Source: Macrostomum lignano
Lineage: Eukaryota
DNA length: 64,000 nucleotides
NCBI GenBank assembly: GCA_002269645.1
Contig: NIVC01000583.1
Coordinates: forward strand, 124,001-188,000
Direction of reading: 5' to 3'
Below the pieces are notes generated by a model. It saw nothing but the letters and a program-made list of their open reading frames with translations. It was not told the origin of the DNA and did no database searches. The position numbers were made by a program, and so were the translations under genes. Below are positions 50,501 to 63,560 of this stretch, piece by piece (within the stretch, counting starts at the first letter, position 1; each line of letters begins with the position of its first letter).

Positions 50501-53500
50501 GTGTAGACAGATAGAAGGGGAGGGAAACAGAGTGAGAGTGTAGACAGATAGAAGGGGGAGGGAGAACAGAGTGAGAGTGTAGACAGATAGAAGGGGGGGA
50601 GAACAGAGTGAGAGTGTAGACAGATAGAAGGGGGAGGGAGAACAGAGTGAGAGTGTAGACAGATAGAAGGGGGGAGAACAGAGTGAGAGTGTAGACAGAT
50701 AGAAGGGGGAGGGAGAACAGAGTGAGAGTGTAGACAGATAGAAGGGGGGAGAGAACAGAGTGAGAGTGTAGACAGATAGAAGGGGGAGGGAGAACAGAGT
50801 GAGAGTGTAGACAGATAGAAGGGGGGAGAACAGAGTGAGAGTGTAGACAGATAGAAGGGGGGGAGAACAGAGTGAGAGTGTAGACAGATAGAAGGGGGGG
50901 AGAACAGAGTGAGAGTGTAGACAGATAGAAGGGGGGGGAAACAGAGTGAGAGTGTAGACAGATAGAAGGGGGGGAGAACAGAGTGAGAGTGTAGACAGAT
51001 AGAAGGGGGGATAACAGAGTGAGAGTGTAGACAGATAGAAGGGGGATAACAGAGTGAGAGTGTAGACAGATAGAAGGGGGAGGGAGAACAGAGTGAGAGT
51101 GTAGACAGATAGAAGGGGGGGATAACAGAGTGAGAGTGTAGACAGATAGAAGGGGGGAGAACAGAGTGAGAGTGTAGACAGATAGAAGGGGGGATAACAG
51201 AGTGAGAGTGTAGACAGATAGAAGGGGGGGAGAACAGAGTGAGAGTGTAGACAGATAGAAGGGGGGGAGAACAGAGTGAGAGTGTAGACAGATAGAAGGG
51301 GGAGGGAGAACAGAGTGAGAGTGTAGACAGATAGAAGGGGGAGGGAGAACAGAGTGAGAGTGTAGACAGATAGAAGGGGGAGGGAAACAGAGTGAGAGTG
51401 TAGACAGATAGAAGGGGGAGGGAGAACAGAGTGAGAGTGTAGACAGATAGAAGGGGGGGAGAACAGAGTGAGAGTGTAGACAGATAGAAGGGGGGATAAC
51501 AGAGTGAAAGTGTAGACAGATAGAAGGGGGGAGAACAGAGTGAGAGTGTAGACAGATAGAAGGGGGAGGGAGAACAGAGTGAGAGTGTAGACAGATAGAA
51601 GGGGGGGAGAACAGAGTGAGAGTGTAGACAGATAGAAGGGGGAGAACAGAGTGAGAGTGTAGACAGATAGAAGGGGGGATAACAGAGTGAGAGTGTAGAC
51701 AGATAGAAGGGGGGGAGAACAGAGTGAGAGTGTAGACAGATAGAAGGGGGGAGAACAGAGTGAGAGTGTAGACAGATAGAAGGGGGGAGAACAGAGTGAG
51801 AGTGTAGACAGATAGAAGGGGGAGGGAGAACAGAGTGAGAGTGTAGACAGATAGAAGGGGGAGGGAGAACAGAGTGAGAGTGTAGACAGATAGAAGGGGG
51901 AGGGAGAACAGAGTGAGAGTGTAGACAGATAGAAGGGGGAGGGAGAACAGAGTGAGAGTGTAGACAGATAGAAGGGGGAGGGAACAGAGTGAGAGTGTAG
52001 ACAGATAGAAGGGGGGAGAACAGAGTGAGAGTGTAGACAGATAGAAGGGGGGAGAACAGAGTGAGAGTGTAGACAGATAGAAGGGGGGGAGAACAGAGTG
52101 AGAGTGTAGACAGATAGAAGGGGGGGAGAACAGAGTGAGAGTGTAGACAGATAGAAGGGGGGGATAACAGAGTGAGAGTGTAGACAGATAGAAGGGGGGG
52201 GAACAGAGTGAGAGTGTAGACAGATAGAAGGGGGGGAGAACAGAGTGAGAGTGTAGACAGATAGAAGGGGGGGAGAACAGAGTGAGAGTGTAGACAGATA
52301 GAAGGGGGAGGGAGAACAGAGTGAGAGTGTAGACAGATAGAAGGGGGAGGGAGAACAGAGTGAGAGTGTAGACAGATAGAAGGGGGAGGGAGAACAGAGT
52401 GAGAGTGTAGACAGATAGAAGGGGGAGGGAGAACAGAGTGAGAGTGTAGACAGATAGAAGGGGGAGGGAGAACAGAGTGAGAGTGTAGACAGATAGAAGG
52501 GGGGAGGGAGAACAGAGTGAGAGTGTAGACAGATAGAAGGGGGGGATAACAGAGTGAGAGTGTAGACAGATAGAAGGGGGGATAACAGAGTGAGAGTGTA
52601 GACAGATAGAAGGGGGGATAACAGAGTGAGAGTGTAGACAGATAGAAGGGGGGGATAACAGAGTGAGAGTGTAGACAGATAGAAGGGGGGATAACAGAGT
52701 GAGAGTGTAGACAGATAGAAGGGGGATAACAGAGTGAGAGTGTAGACAGATAGAAGGGGGGATAACAGAGTGAGAGTGTAGACAGATAGAAGGGGGGATA
52801 ACAGAGTGAGAGTGTAGACAGATAGAAGGGGGGATAACAGAGTGAGAGTGTAGACAGATAGAAGGGGGAGGGATAACAGAGTGAGAGTGTAGACAGATAG
52901 AAGGGGGAGGGAGAACAGAGTGAGAGTGTAGACAGATAGAAGGGGGAGGGAGAACAGAGTGAGAGTGTAGACAGATAGAAGGGGGAGGGAGAACAGAGTG
53001 AGAGTGTAGACAGATAGAAGGGGGGAGGGAAACAGAGTGAGAGTGTAGACAGATAGAAGGGGGAGGGAGAACAGAGTGAGAGTGTAGACAGATAGAAGGG
53101 GGGGAGAACAGAGTGAGAGTGTAGACAGATAGAAGGGGGGGAGAACAGAGTGAGAGTGTAGACAGATAGAAGGGGGGGGAGAACAGAGTGAGAGTGTAGA
53201 CAGATAGAAGGGGGGGATAACAGAGTGAGAGTGTAGACAGATAGAAGGGGGGATAACAGAGTGAGAGTGTAGACAGATAGAAGGGGGGGAGAACAGAGTG
53301 AGAGTGTAGACAGATAGAAGGGGGGGATAACAGAGTGAGAGTGTAGACAGATAGAAGGGGGAGGGAGAACAGAGTGAGAGTGTAGACAGATAGAAGGGGG
53401 AGGGAGAACAGAGTGAGAGTGTAGACAGATAGAAGGGGGAGAGAACAGAGTGAGAGTGTAGACAGATAGAAGGGGGAGGGAGAACAGAGTGAGAGTGTAG

Positions 53501-56500
53501 ACAGATAGAAGGGGGAGGGAGAACAGAGTGAGAGTGTAGACAGATAGAAGGGGGAGGGAGAACAGAGTGAGAGTGTAGACAGATAGAAGGGGGAGGGAGA
53601 ACAGAGTGAGAGTGTAGACAGATAGAAGGGGGAGGGAGAACAGAGTGAGAGTGTAGACAGATAGAAGGGGGAGGGAGAACAGAGTGAGAGTGTAGACAGA
53701 TAGAAGGGGGAGGGAGAACAGAGTGAGAGTGTAGACAGATAGAAGGGGGAGGGAGAACAGAGTGAGAGTGTAGACAGATAGAAGGGGGAGGGAGAACAGA
53801 GTGAGAGTGTAGACAGATAGAAGGGGGAGAGAACAGAGTGAGAGTGTAGACAGATAGAAGGGGGGAGAACAGAGTGAGAGTGTAGACAGATAGAAGGGGG
53901 GATAACAGAGTGAGAGTGTAGACAGATAGAAGGGGGAGAGAACAGAGTGAGAGTGTAGACAGATAGAAGGGGAGGGAGAACAGAGTGAGAGTGTAGACAG
54001 ATAGAAGGGGGAGGGAACAGAGTGAGAGTGTAGACAGATAGAAGGGGGAGGGAGAACAGAGTGAGAGTGTAGACAGATAGAAGGGGGGAGGAAACAGAGT
54101 GAGAGTGTAGACAGATAGAAGGGGGAGAAACAGAGTGAGAGTGTAGACAGATAGAAGGGGAGGAGAACAGAGTGAGAGTGTAGACAGATAGAAGGGGGGA
54201 ACAGAGTGAGAGTGTAGACAGATAGAAGGGGGGAGAACAGAGTGAGAGTGTAGACAGATAGAAGGGGGAGGGAGAACAGAGTGAGAGTGTAGACAGATAG
54301 AAGGGGGAGGGAGAACAGAGTGAGAGTGTAGACAGATAGAAGGGGGGGAGAACAGAGTGAGAGTGTAGACAGATAGAAGGGGGAGGGAGAACAGAGTGAG
54401 AGTGTAGACAGATAGAAGGGGGAGGGAGAACAGAGTGAGAGTGTAGACAGATAGAAGGGGGGAGAACAGAGTGAGAGTGTAGACAGATAGAAGGGGGAGG
54501 GAGAACAGAGTGAGAGTGTAGACAGATAGAAGGGGGGGGAAACAGAGTGAGAGTGTAGACAGATAGAAGGGGGGATAACAGAGTGAGAGTGTAGACAGAT
54601 AGAAGGGGGAGGGATAACAGAGTGAGAGTGTAGACAGATAGAAGGGGGAGGGATAACAGAGTGAGAGTGTAGACAGATAGAAGGGGAGGGAGAACAGAGT
54701 GAGAGTGTAGACAGATAGAAGGGGGTGGGATAACAGAGTGAGAGTGTAGACAGATAGAAGGGGGGATAACAGAGTGAGAGTGTAGACAGATAGAAGGGGA
54801 GGGATAACAGAGTGAGAGTGTAGACAGATAGAAGGGGGAGGGATAACAGAGTGAGAGTGTAGACAGATAGAAGGGGAGGAGAACAGAGTGAGAGTGTAGA
54901 CAGATAGAAGGGGGGATAACAGAGTGAGAGTGTAGACAGATAGAAGGGGGGATAACAGAGTGAGAGTGTAGACAGATAGAAGGGGGGGATAACAGAGTGA
55001 GAGTGTAGACAGATAGAAGGGGGAGGGAGAACAGAGTGAGAGTGTAGACAGATAGAAGGGGGAGGGAGAACAGAGTGAGAGTGTAGACAGATAGAAGGGG
55101 GAGGGAGAACAGAGTGAGAGTGTAGACAGATAGAAGGGGGAGGGAGAACAGAGTGAGAGTGTAGACAGATAGAAGGGGGAGGGAGAACAGAGTGAGAGTG
55201 TAGACAGATAGAAGGGGGGAGGGAAACAGAGTGAGAGTGTAGACAGATAGAAGGGGGGGAGAACAGAGTGAGAGTGTAGACAGATAGAAGGGGGAGGGAG
55301 AACAGAGTGAGAGTGTAGACAGATAGAAGGGGGAGGGAGAACAGAGTGAGAGTGTAGACAGATAGAAGGGGGAGGGAGAACAGAGTGAGAGTGTAGACAG
55401 ATAGAAGGGGGAGGGATAACAGAGTGAGAGTGTAGACAGATAGAAGGGGGGAGGGAGAACAGAGTGAGAGTGTAGACAGATAGAAGGGGGGATAACAGAG
55501 TGAAAGTGTAGACAGATAGAAGGGGGGATAACAGAGTGAGAGTGTAGACAGATAGAAGGGGGGGATAACAGAGTGAGAGTGTAGACAGATAGAAGGGGGA
55601 GGGAGAACAGAGTGAGAGTGTAGACAGATAGAAGGGGGAGGGAGAACAGAGTGAGAGTGTAGACAGATAGAAGGGGGAGGGAGAACAGAGTGAGAGTGTA
55701 GACAGATAGAAGGGGGAGGGAGAACAGAGTGAGAGTGTAGACAGATAGAAGGGGGGAGAACAGAGTGAGAGTGTAGACAGATAGAAGGGGGATAACAGAG
55801 TGAGAGTGTAGACAGATAGAAGGGGGGATAACAGAGTGAGAGTGTAGACAGATAGAAGGGGGGATAACAGAGTGAGAGTGTAGACAGATAGAAGGGGGGA
55901 GGGAGAACAGAGTGAGAGTGTAGACAGATAGAAGGGGGAGGGAGAACAGAGTGAGAGTGTAGACAGATAGAAGGGGGGAGGGAACAGAGTGAGAGTGTAG
56001 ACAGATAGAAGGGGGGATAACAGAGTGAAGTGTAGACAGATAGAAGGGGGGATAACAGAGTGAAGTGTAGACAGATAGAAGGGGGATAACAGAGTGAAGT
56101 GTAGACAGATAGAAGGGGGGATAACAGAGTGAGAGTGTAGACAGATAGAAGGGGGAGGGAGAACAGAGTGAGAGTGTAGACAGATAGAAGGGGGAGGGAG
56201 AACAGAGTGAGAGTGTAGACAGATAGAAGGGGAGGAGGGGAACAGAGTGAGAGTGTAGACAGATAGAAGGGGGATAACAGAGTGAGAGTGTAGACAGATA
56301 GAAGGGGGATAACAGAGTGAGAGTGTAGACAGATAGAAGGGGGATAACAGAGTGAGAGTGTAGACAGATAGAAGGGGGGGGAGAACAGAGTGAGAGTGTA
56401 GACAGATAGAAGGGGGAGAACAGAGTGAGAGTGTAGACAGATAGAAGGGGGGGAGAACAGAGTGAGAGTGTAGACAGATAGAAGGGGGAGGGAGAACAGA

Positions 56501-56582
56501 GTGAGAGTGTAGACAGATAGAAGGGGGGAGAACAGAGTGAGAGTGTAGACAGATAGAAGGGGGGAGGGAGACTAGAGTGAGC
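38590..56582. repeat. ~18 kb purine-rich satellite array, ~36-44 bp unit
   Basis: Constant core aacagagtgagagtgtagacagatagaag plus a variable G-rich linker; roughly 450 copies estimated from length divided by unit size. Confidence 0.98.
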
Positions 56583-58037
56583 AAAGAGAGAGAGGGAGAG
56601 TAGACAGATGGAAAGGACTGTGAGGAATAGGTTGGAGAGAGGACAGATGGAAGAGAAGTAGAGAAAAAGACAGTAGAATCCTGCTGAAATAAACCGACGG
56701 AATCGAACTGGTAGACCTTATTTGGTATTTCCTAACTTCTATTGCACTAGCTATTTAAATATTTTTAGTCCGATTTTAAATCTAAGAAGCAAAAGAGATA
56801 CAGGGTTCCAAATTTTGTGGGTTTAAATTCCAGCTGTTAAAACAGCGTGTCTTCACCAAAACAAAATATCTAAATAATCAATTAGTTAGTTTTGCCCTGC
56901 AGATAAATATCCCAGCTGCGGAACGGCATCCAGTAATAAAAAATCTTCTGCTATTTTAGTGGACACTATTCAAAGCTGCAACAGCTGCTACAGAATTTTT
57001 CAGATCATTGATCATGAATTTTTTGCCAACAGCATGAAGTCGAGCATTGCAGACACTACTCGTAGTTTCGCCCAGTAAGAGGAGCCCTTACTTCTACTTC
57101 TAATGGGCATTTTAAGCCGGCATGTTCGATCAGCAGGTTTAGCAGCAATTCAAAATAGATGGCAAAGCAAGGCAAACCCGCTTTCTAAAAGCGCAAATAT
57201 TTACATGTATAAATTTATTGTCAATTTGATGCTTTGATCTTCTTTCGACTGCAAACTAAAAGTTGTTCTCGGGGGGGGGGGCTCTCAGCTCTACGCTACT
57301 AAAAGTAGTCAAGTAGTCTGATGCGCATTTAAATTTTATGAAACTCTACACATCTTTCCGGAAGAAATGATTTCACAATGTTGGCACTAGGCAACAGCAA
57401 ATATTGCCCTAACGTTTATTGTAAAGAGTAGCCACACCTATTATTGTGAATAAAAAACGGCTCTCCCGCTAAGCTGAAAGGGCAGTGCTATTAAATAAAG
57501 CTGCCTTGAACATGAAGCACGCCAGACTTAGGTTGTCGCCGGGCGATCACCGGGCGGCTTCGATTAGGATTTAAAAAATCGTCCATATTAAGGCTAAATA
57601 AATTATTACGAGTACGAAATCACAATTTCTCATTGAAAAATCAGATCATATTTTATTGTAAAGTGAAAATAAAAAAATATCGACCGACTGCCCTCACAGG
57701 CGGTCGCGAGGGCGCACGCCGCCCACTGTACGCCCCACTTGGTTGTCCCACTGGGGACTTGCCGACACTTCATAAAGCTTTTTGTTTATAAAGTTAGAAT
57801 TCTATGTTAATTTCCATTCTTAGTTTAATTACTCGTACTGTAACAAAATGAGGAACAGAATGATAAAATTTATAAAACCAATGAGATCAAACTTTCCAAG
57901 AAACGTAGCTTCCCGTCCCGACTTCAGATCGCATGGCTTCGTGTATCATTATTGCTTGCCTCATAATACTACTACCAGCGGCAGTAGCAGCATTTAACAG
58001 GGAATTTTCAAGAAACGAAGACAAATCGTCATTCCAG

Positions 58038-58247
58038 GACGAGAACGACGCGGTCAGCTGCCTGCTGAAGGCGGGCGCCGATTTCACCAAGCGCGACTTT
58101 TATGGCTGCACGCCGCTGCACTACGCCGCAATGAATGGCAACCTGGTGGCCGCCCGCCTGCTGCTCAACTTCGAGCTCAACCAGCGCAAGGACAGCCCTG
58201 TTCGGCGGGGCGGATCGGCCTACGCCTCGTCGCTGCCGATCTGGCGG
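58038..58247 (+). CDS. TRPA-like ankyrin-repeat exon
   Basis: ttccag|GAC..CGG|gtaggc, phase 0/0, compatible with the 33347 donor; VSCLLKAGADFTKRDFYGCTPLHYAAMNGN. Confidence 0.85.
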
Positions 58248-58324
58248 GTAGGCCGTCCAGTCACAGCTGCTGCACCCCTCATCTGCCCTCCTCTCACTCC
58301 GCTTATCACTCCGCCACTCTGATG

Positions 58325-58628
58325 CATTCCTTCCTCCTCTCGCTCCATTTCATCTGCATTCTGCCCCTTCATTCCGCCCTCTCATTCCGCCCCTTCATTC
58401 CGCCCTCTCATCACACCCTCTCATTCCGCCCCTTCATTCCGCCCTCTCATCACACCCTCTCATTCCGCCCTCTCATTCCGCCCTCTCATTCCGCCCTCTC
58501 ATTCCGCCCTCTCATTCCGCCCTCTCATTCCGCCCCCTCATTTCGTCCCTTCATTCCGCCCCCTCATTCCGCCCCCTCATTCCGCCCCCACTTCATTCCG
58601 CCCCTTCATTCTGCCCCCTCATTCCGCC
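58325..58628. repeat. tcattccgccc-based minisatellite
   Basis: Fills most of a TRPA-like intron. Confidence 0.9.
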
Positions 58629-58653
58629 ATCAACTCGCGCCCACCCGCCCCAG

Positions 58654-58993
58654 ATCACGGACAACGAGGACATGACGCCGCTTCACCTGGCCTGCGCGCA
58701 CCGCAAAGCTGGCGCCGTTCGCCTCCTCCTGCAAACGTCGGCCAGCGCCGAGAGCGAGCTGGGCCGGCGTGACTACCTGGACCTCGGCGAGACCAGCGGC
58801 CAGACGGCGCTGCACTTGGCCTGCTCGGAGAGCGACGCCGACATCTGCGGGCAGTTGCTGGCGGCCGCCGAGGCAGCTGGCGAAGGCTTCTTGAAAAGAT
58901 TCGTGAATAAAAAGGATGTCGAACACGTGACCTGCCTGCACTGCGCCGTTGAGCACGGGGCAGTCGACGTGGTGGAGATGTTGTTGCAGAAAG
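58654..58993 (+). CDS. TRPA-like ankyrin-repeat exon
   Basis: cccag|ATC..AAA G|gtgagg; MTPLHLACAH, GQTALHLACSE, TCLHCAVEHGAVDVVEMLLQK. Confidence 0.9.
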
Positions 58994-59494
58994 GTGAGGC
59001 CTTCTACCTGTGGCTTTGTGGGGCCCACAATGATGCTGACTTGTCCTATTATCGAGATGCTCAGCACCCTCTGAGAATATAATAGTTGTAGTTTAGTAAG
59101 CCAATTTGTTTTCTTATTTGTTTAACTGGTTGATTACCAAACGGGAATTGTTTTGTCGTAAAAGCATGATTATACAGCAAACATATGTTCTCGTGTGTCG
59201 GGCATATCCAATGAGGTTCATTCAGTGTTTGTTTAGTTGAATTTAGTGGATTGTGCCCGCATTGCGTTTAATATCTGTACACGTAAGATTGTATTAACAA
59301 AAGCTGTTTAAATACGTTTTTGTCTTGATTGGTTGTTTATTAGTTTTCGTTTCCTTTCCTAGCTATATCCGTTGCATTTGAAGTTGCACTAATTAACGTC
59401 ATCGTTTACGCTATAAGCCGGTTTTAGCTCTCATGCTCGTTCTTCACTAACCTTACGCTTCACATTAATCAGAGGAATTCCAGCCATTGATTTC

Positions 59495-60090
59495 TGCTCC
59501 TCTGTGGCCCACCCCACTCCCCAGCATTCCTGTAATTCATTTCTACCCCTCTGTGGCCCACCCCACTCCCCAGCATTCCTGTAATTCATTTCTACCCCTC
59601 TGTGGCCCACCCCACTCCCAGCATTCCTGTCATTCATTTCTACCCCACTGCGGCCCACCCCACGTCACAGCATTCCCGCCATTAATTTCTGCTCCTCTGC
59701 GGCCCACCCCACTCCTCAGCATTCCTGCCATAAAATTCTGCCCCTCTGCAGCCCACCCCACTCCTCAGCAATCCTTGCCATAAAATTCTGCCCCTCTGCA
59801 GCCCACCCCACTCCTCAGCATTCCTTGCCATAAAATTCTGCCCCTCTGCGGCCCACCCCACTCCTCAGCATTCCTTGCCATAAAATTCTGCCCCTCTGCG
59901 GCCCACCCCACTCCTCAGCATTCCTTGCCATAAAATTCGGCCCCTCTGCGGCCCACCCCACTCCTCAGCATTCTTTGCCATAAAATTCTGCCCCTCTGCG
60001 GCCCACCCACTCCTAAGCATTCCTGCCATAAAATTCTGCTCCTCTGTGGCCCACCCCACTCCTCCTCAGCATTCCCGCCATTCATTTCTG
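59495..60090. repeat. ~50-bp minisatellite
   Basis: cccaccccactcctcagcattccttgccataaaattctgcccctctgcgg, about 12 copies, more diverged at the ends. Confidence 0.92.
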
Positions 60091-61521
60091 TCCCTCAGTG
60101 GCCCCCTTACTCCCTGACTATAACTAAAACATTCCTAACGACATTATAAGACTAGTTAGCGCTTGTGAATGTCCACAGTATATAAATTAACGTACTGCTT
60201 TTCATATCGTTTCTCTATTGTTCGCTGACTGAAACAAAACGCACGACACGTAATTAAAATGGCGTTAATCTGCATTTTGCATACTGTTTGTTAGTTACTT
60301 CCGGTCAACTCGGCATTGGTGAGTTAAATTTGGCTGCTTGATAGCAGCTCTCCTCGCTTAACTGCAGGTGCTTGGCTATTTTAATTTTAACCATTCAGTT
60401 TGGCAACGAGGGTTTTGTGATTTCCGTAGTTCTGAATTTTTATTGCACAGCGGTATAAACGCCATTTGAGGAGGCATTTTGCACCTGAATTTTACTATTA
60501 TTACTTAGTACTTAAGTATCACGTTATCTGCCTTACGTAACTGTGAGGACATTATTGTATTCTCACTGTAAAAGTACATACGATTTTTAACTTGATTCTT
60601 GGGGCTGGCAGAGCCCTGCTGCTGCTGCTGCTGCTGCTGCTGCTACTGCTTTCAGAAGCAGAAATCAAGCCAATCAAGTCAGGAATGGCACTGGCTTCAC
60701 TGACTACTAACTGACAATTCAAGTCAGCTTCTATCACAATCGATACTTGTTTTTGCATGCATGATACAATATTTATCATCTTATTTTTACTGTCTTTCTA
60801 ACATTACAACACCTATGACTGTGTTAATAACATCTAATACAATTTATAAATAAATATAGCAATGCTTTCATTCTAATCTCGATTAAAGCAAGAACAGAAA
60901 GAAATAAAAATTAACTGATTGGCATACTTAAGTCTAACGTCTAAAAATAGAAACTGACATCAACTTGAATAGCTTCTAAAAATAGCATCAAAACCCCGTA
61001 CACAATTAAAGCGATTCCAGAGCTTCCAGATGAGTAAGTGCAGTTTGAAATCGAATTCTTGTTTAGTGGTTTGCTCTTAATTTATATTTTTCTATTTATT
61101 TATTAAAAATTTATATTTGACACTAATTGCTTGCATCATTTTCTCTTAAAATGCATTCCAATTCTATCGCTGCAATCAAGCAAAATTTGAAGCGACTTTG
61201 ATGCCAGTTGATTAAAGTTAGGAATAAGTTTAATTTTAATTTTAATTTTAAGTAGTCTAAATAATTTGTGTGACCGAAATTAGTAGAGCTTAGAAAAAGG
61301 ACATTATACCGTAGATGATTAAATAAAAGATATCGAATTGTTTCTAAAAATAGAAAGTGACGTCAACACTTAGCTTTGTCAAACATTTCTAAAAATAGAA
61401 ACAAACGCCAGTAAACTGATCTAAATTTATGTACTTTTAGGGAAAAAATTAACTCAGTTTTTCAAATAATTCTAAGTTCAAAGCTGCACAATCAAGCATA
61501 TAAGCTTTTTCACCTCTGCAG

Positions 61522-61651
61522 GCGCATTCGTGAACGCCACCAACACGGCTGAGCAGACTCCACTTCATCTGGCCGCCCGAACTGGTAACATTCGGCTTAT
61601 GGAGCTGCTGGTGCAGCACGGAGCCAAACTTGACGCCGTAGACGCTACCAG
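61522..61651 (+). CDS. TRPA-like ankyrin-repeat exon
   Basis: ctgcag|GC phase 1; GAFVNATNTAEQTPLHLAARTGNIRLMELLVQHGAKLDAVDAT; donor AG|gtgtgg. Not in the ORF track. Confidence 0.88.
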
Positions 61652-61782
61652 GTGTGGCGTTTAGTACGGCTGTGATGACCGATGTTTTGTAAATTGTGTA
61701 TCTTCTATTTATTATTAGACCTGTTTATGCATACCCTTACTCAGGTGTGTATGCAGCTACGGTTCTAATTATTAAAATTCTC

Positions 61783-62200
61783 CCACTGATCCCATTCTCC
61801 CTACTGATCCCATTCTCCCACTGATCCCATTCTCCTACTGATCCCATTCTCCCACTGATCCCCATTCTCCCTACTGATCCCATTCTCCCACTGATCCCCA
61901 TTCTCCCACTGATCCCATTCTCTTACTGATCCCATTCTCCCACTGATCCCCATTCTCCCTACTGATTCCATTCTCCCACTGATCCCATTCTCCCACCGAT
62001 CCCATTCTCCTACTGATCCCATTCTCCCACTGATCCCATTCTCCCTACTGATCCCATTCTCCCACTGATCCCCATTCTCCCACTGATCCCATTCTCCCAC
62101 TGATCCCCATTCTTCCACTGATCCCCATTCTCCCTACTGATTCCATTCTCCTACTGATCCCATTCTCCCACTGATCCCATTCTCCCACTTATTCCATTCT
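61783..62200. repeat. 17-18 bp minisatellite (ctgatcccattctccca)
   Basis: Tandem copies in a TRPA-like intron. Confidence 0.93.
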
Positions 62201-63560
62201 CCCAACAGATCCCAACAGATCCCAACAGATCCGTACAGATCCTAACAGATCCCAACAGATCCTAACAGATCCCAACAGATCCCAACAGATCCTAACAGAT
62301 CCCAACAGATCCCTACAGATCCGTACAGATCCCAGCAGATCCCAACAGATCCCAGCAGATTCCAACAGATCCCAACAGATCCCAACAGATTTTAACAGAT
62401 CCTAACAAAACCTAACAGATCCCAACAGATCCCAACAGATCCTAACAGATCTCAAGAGATCCCAACAGATCCTAACAGATCTCAAGAGATCCCAACAGAT
62501 CCTAACAGATCCCAACAGATCCTAACAGATCCCAACAGATCCCTACAGATCCGTACAGATCCCAGCAGATCCCAGCAGATCCCAACAGATCCCAACAGAT
62601 CCCAACAGATCCCAACAGATCCTAACAGATCCCAACAGATCCCAACAGATCCTAACAGATCCCAACAGATCCTAACAGATCCCAACAGATCCCTACAGAT
62701 CCGTACAGATCCCAGCAGATCCCAGCAGATCCCAACAGATCCCAGCAGATTCCAACAGATCCCAACAGATCCCAACAGATCCTAACAGATCCCAACAGAT
62801 CCTAACAGATCCCAACAGATCCCTACAGATCCGTACAGATCCCAGCAGATCCCAGCAGATCCCAACAGATCCAAACAGATCCCAACAGATCCCAACAGAT
62901 CCTAACAGATCCCAACAGATCCCAACAGATCCTAACAGATCCCAACAGATCCTAACAGATCCCAACAGATCCCTACAGATCCGTACAGATCCCAGCAGAT
63001 CCCAGCAGATCCCAACAGATCCCAGCAGATTCCAACAGATCCCAACAGATCCCAACAGATCCTAACAGATCCCAACAGATCCCAACAGATCCTAACAGAT
63101 CCCAACAGATCCCTACAGATCCGTACAGATCTCAGCAGATCCCAACAGATCCCTACAGATCCGTACAGATCCCAGCAGATCCCAGCAGATCCCAACAGAT
63201 CCAAACAGATCCTAACAGATCCCAACAGATCCTAACAGATCCTAACAGATCCCAACAGATCCTAACAGATCCCAACAGATCCTAACAGATCCCAACAGAT
63301 CTCTACAGATCCCAACAGAACCCAACAGATCCCTACAGATCCCAACAGAACCCAACAGATCCTAACAGATCCCAACAGATCCCAACAGATCCCTACAGAT
63401 CCCAACAGATCCTAACAGATCCCAACAGATCTCTACAGATCCCAACAGAACCCAACAGATCCTTACAGATCCCAACAGAACCCAACAGATCCTAACAGAT
63501 CCCAACAGATCCCAACAGATCCCTACAGATCCCAACAGATCCCAACAGATCCTAACAGAT
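62200..63560. repeat. 10-bp minisatellite (cagatcccaa and variants)
   Basis: About 135 copies abutting the previous array. Confidence 0.95.

Larger units (their letters stand above)
37691..57755. mobile_element. Putative CMC/EnSpm-type DNA transposon derivative (~20 kb) inside the TRPA-like intron
   Basis: Perfect 11-bp TIR CCCAGTGGGAC (37691-37701) and GTCCCACTGGG (57745-57755), flanked on both sides by GA (37689-37690 and 57756-57757); GC-rich subterminal DNA; encloses a spliced antisense ORF. No transposase recognised. Confidence 0.6.

Noticed and set aside
38039-56584. 6181-aa minus-strand ORF
   Set aside because: It is the satellite. The C/T-rich strand has no stop in any frame and the translation drifts among three phases (SICLHSHSV, FYLSTLSLC, LLSVYTLTL). 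Only 38066-38455 looks like a real exon.
60552-60779. Minus-strand ORF with a (CAG)n tract as a nested gene
   Set aside because: Short, AT-rich flanks, no recognisable domain or clear splice context.
61783-63560. Telomeric repeat
   Set aside because: Units are 10 and 17 bp and contain no TTAGGG-type hexamer; the array lies inside an intron.
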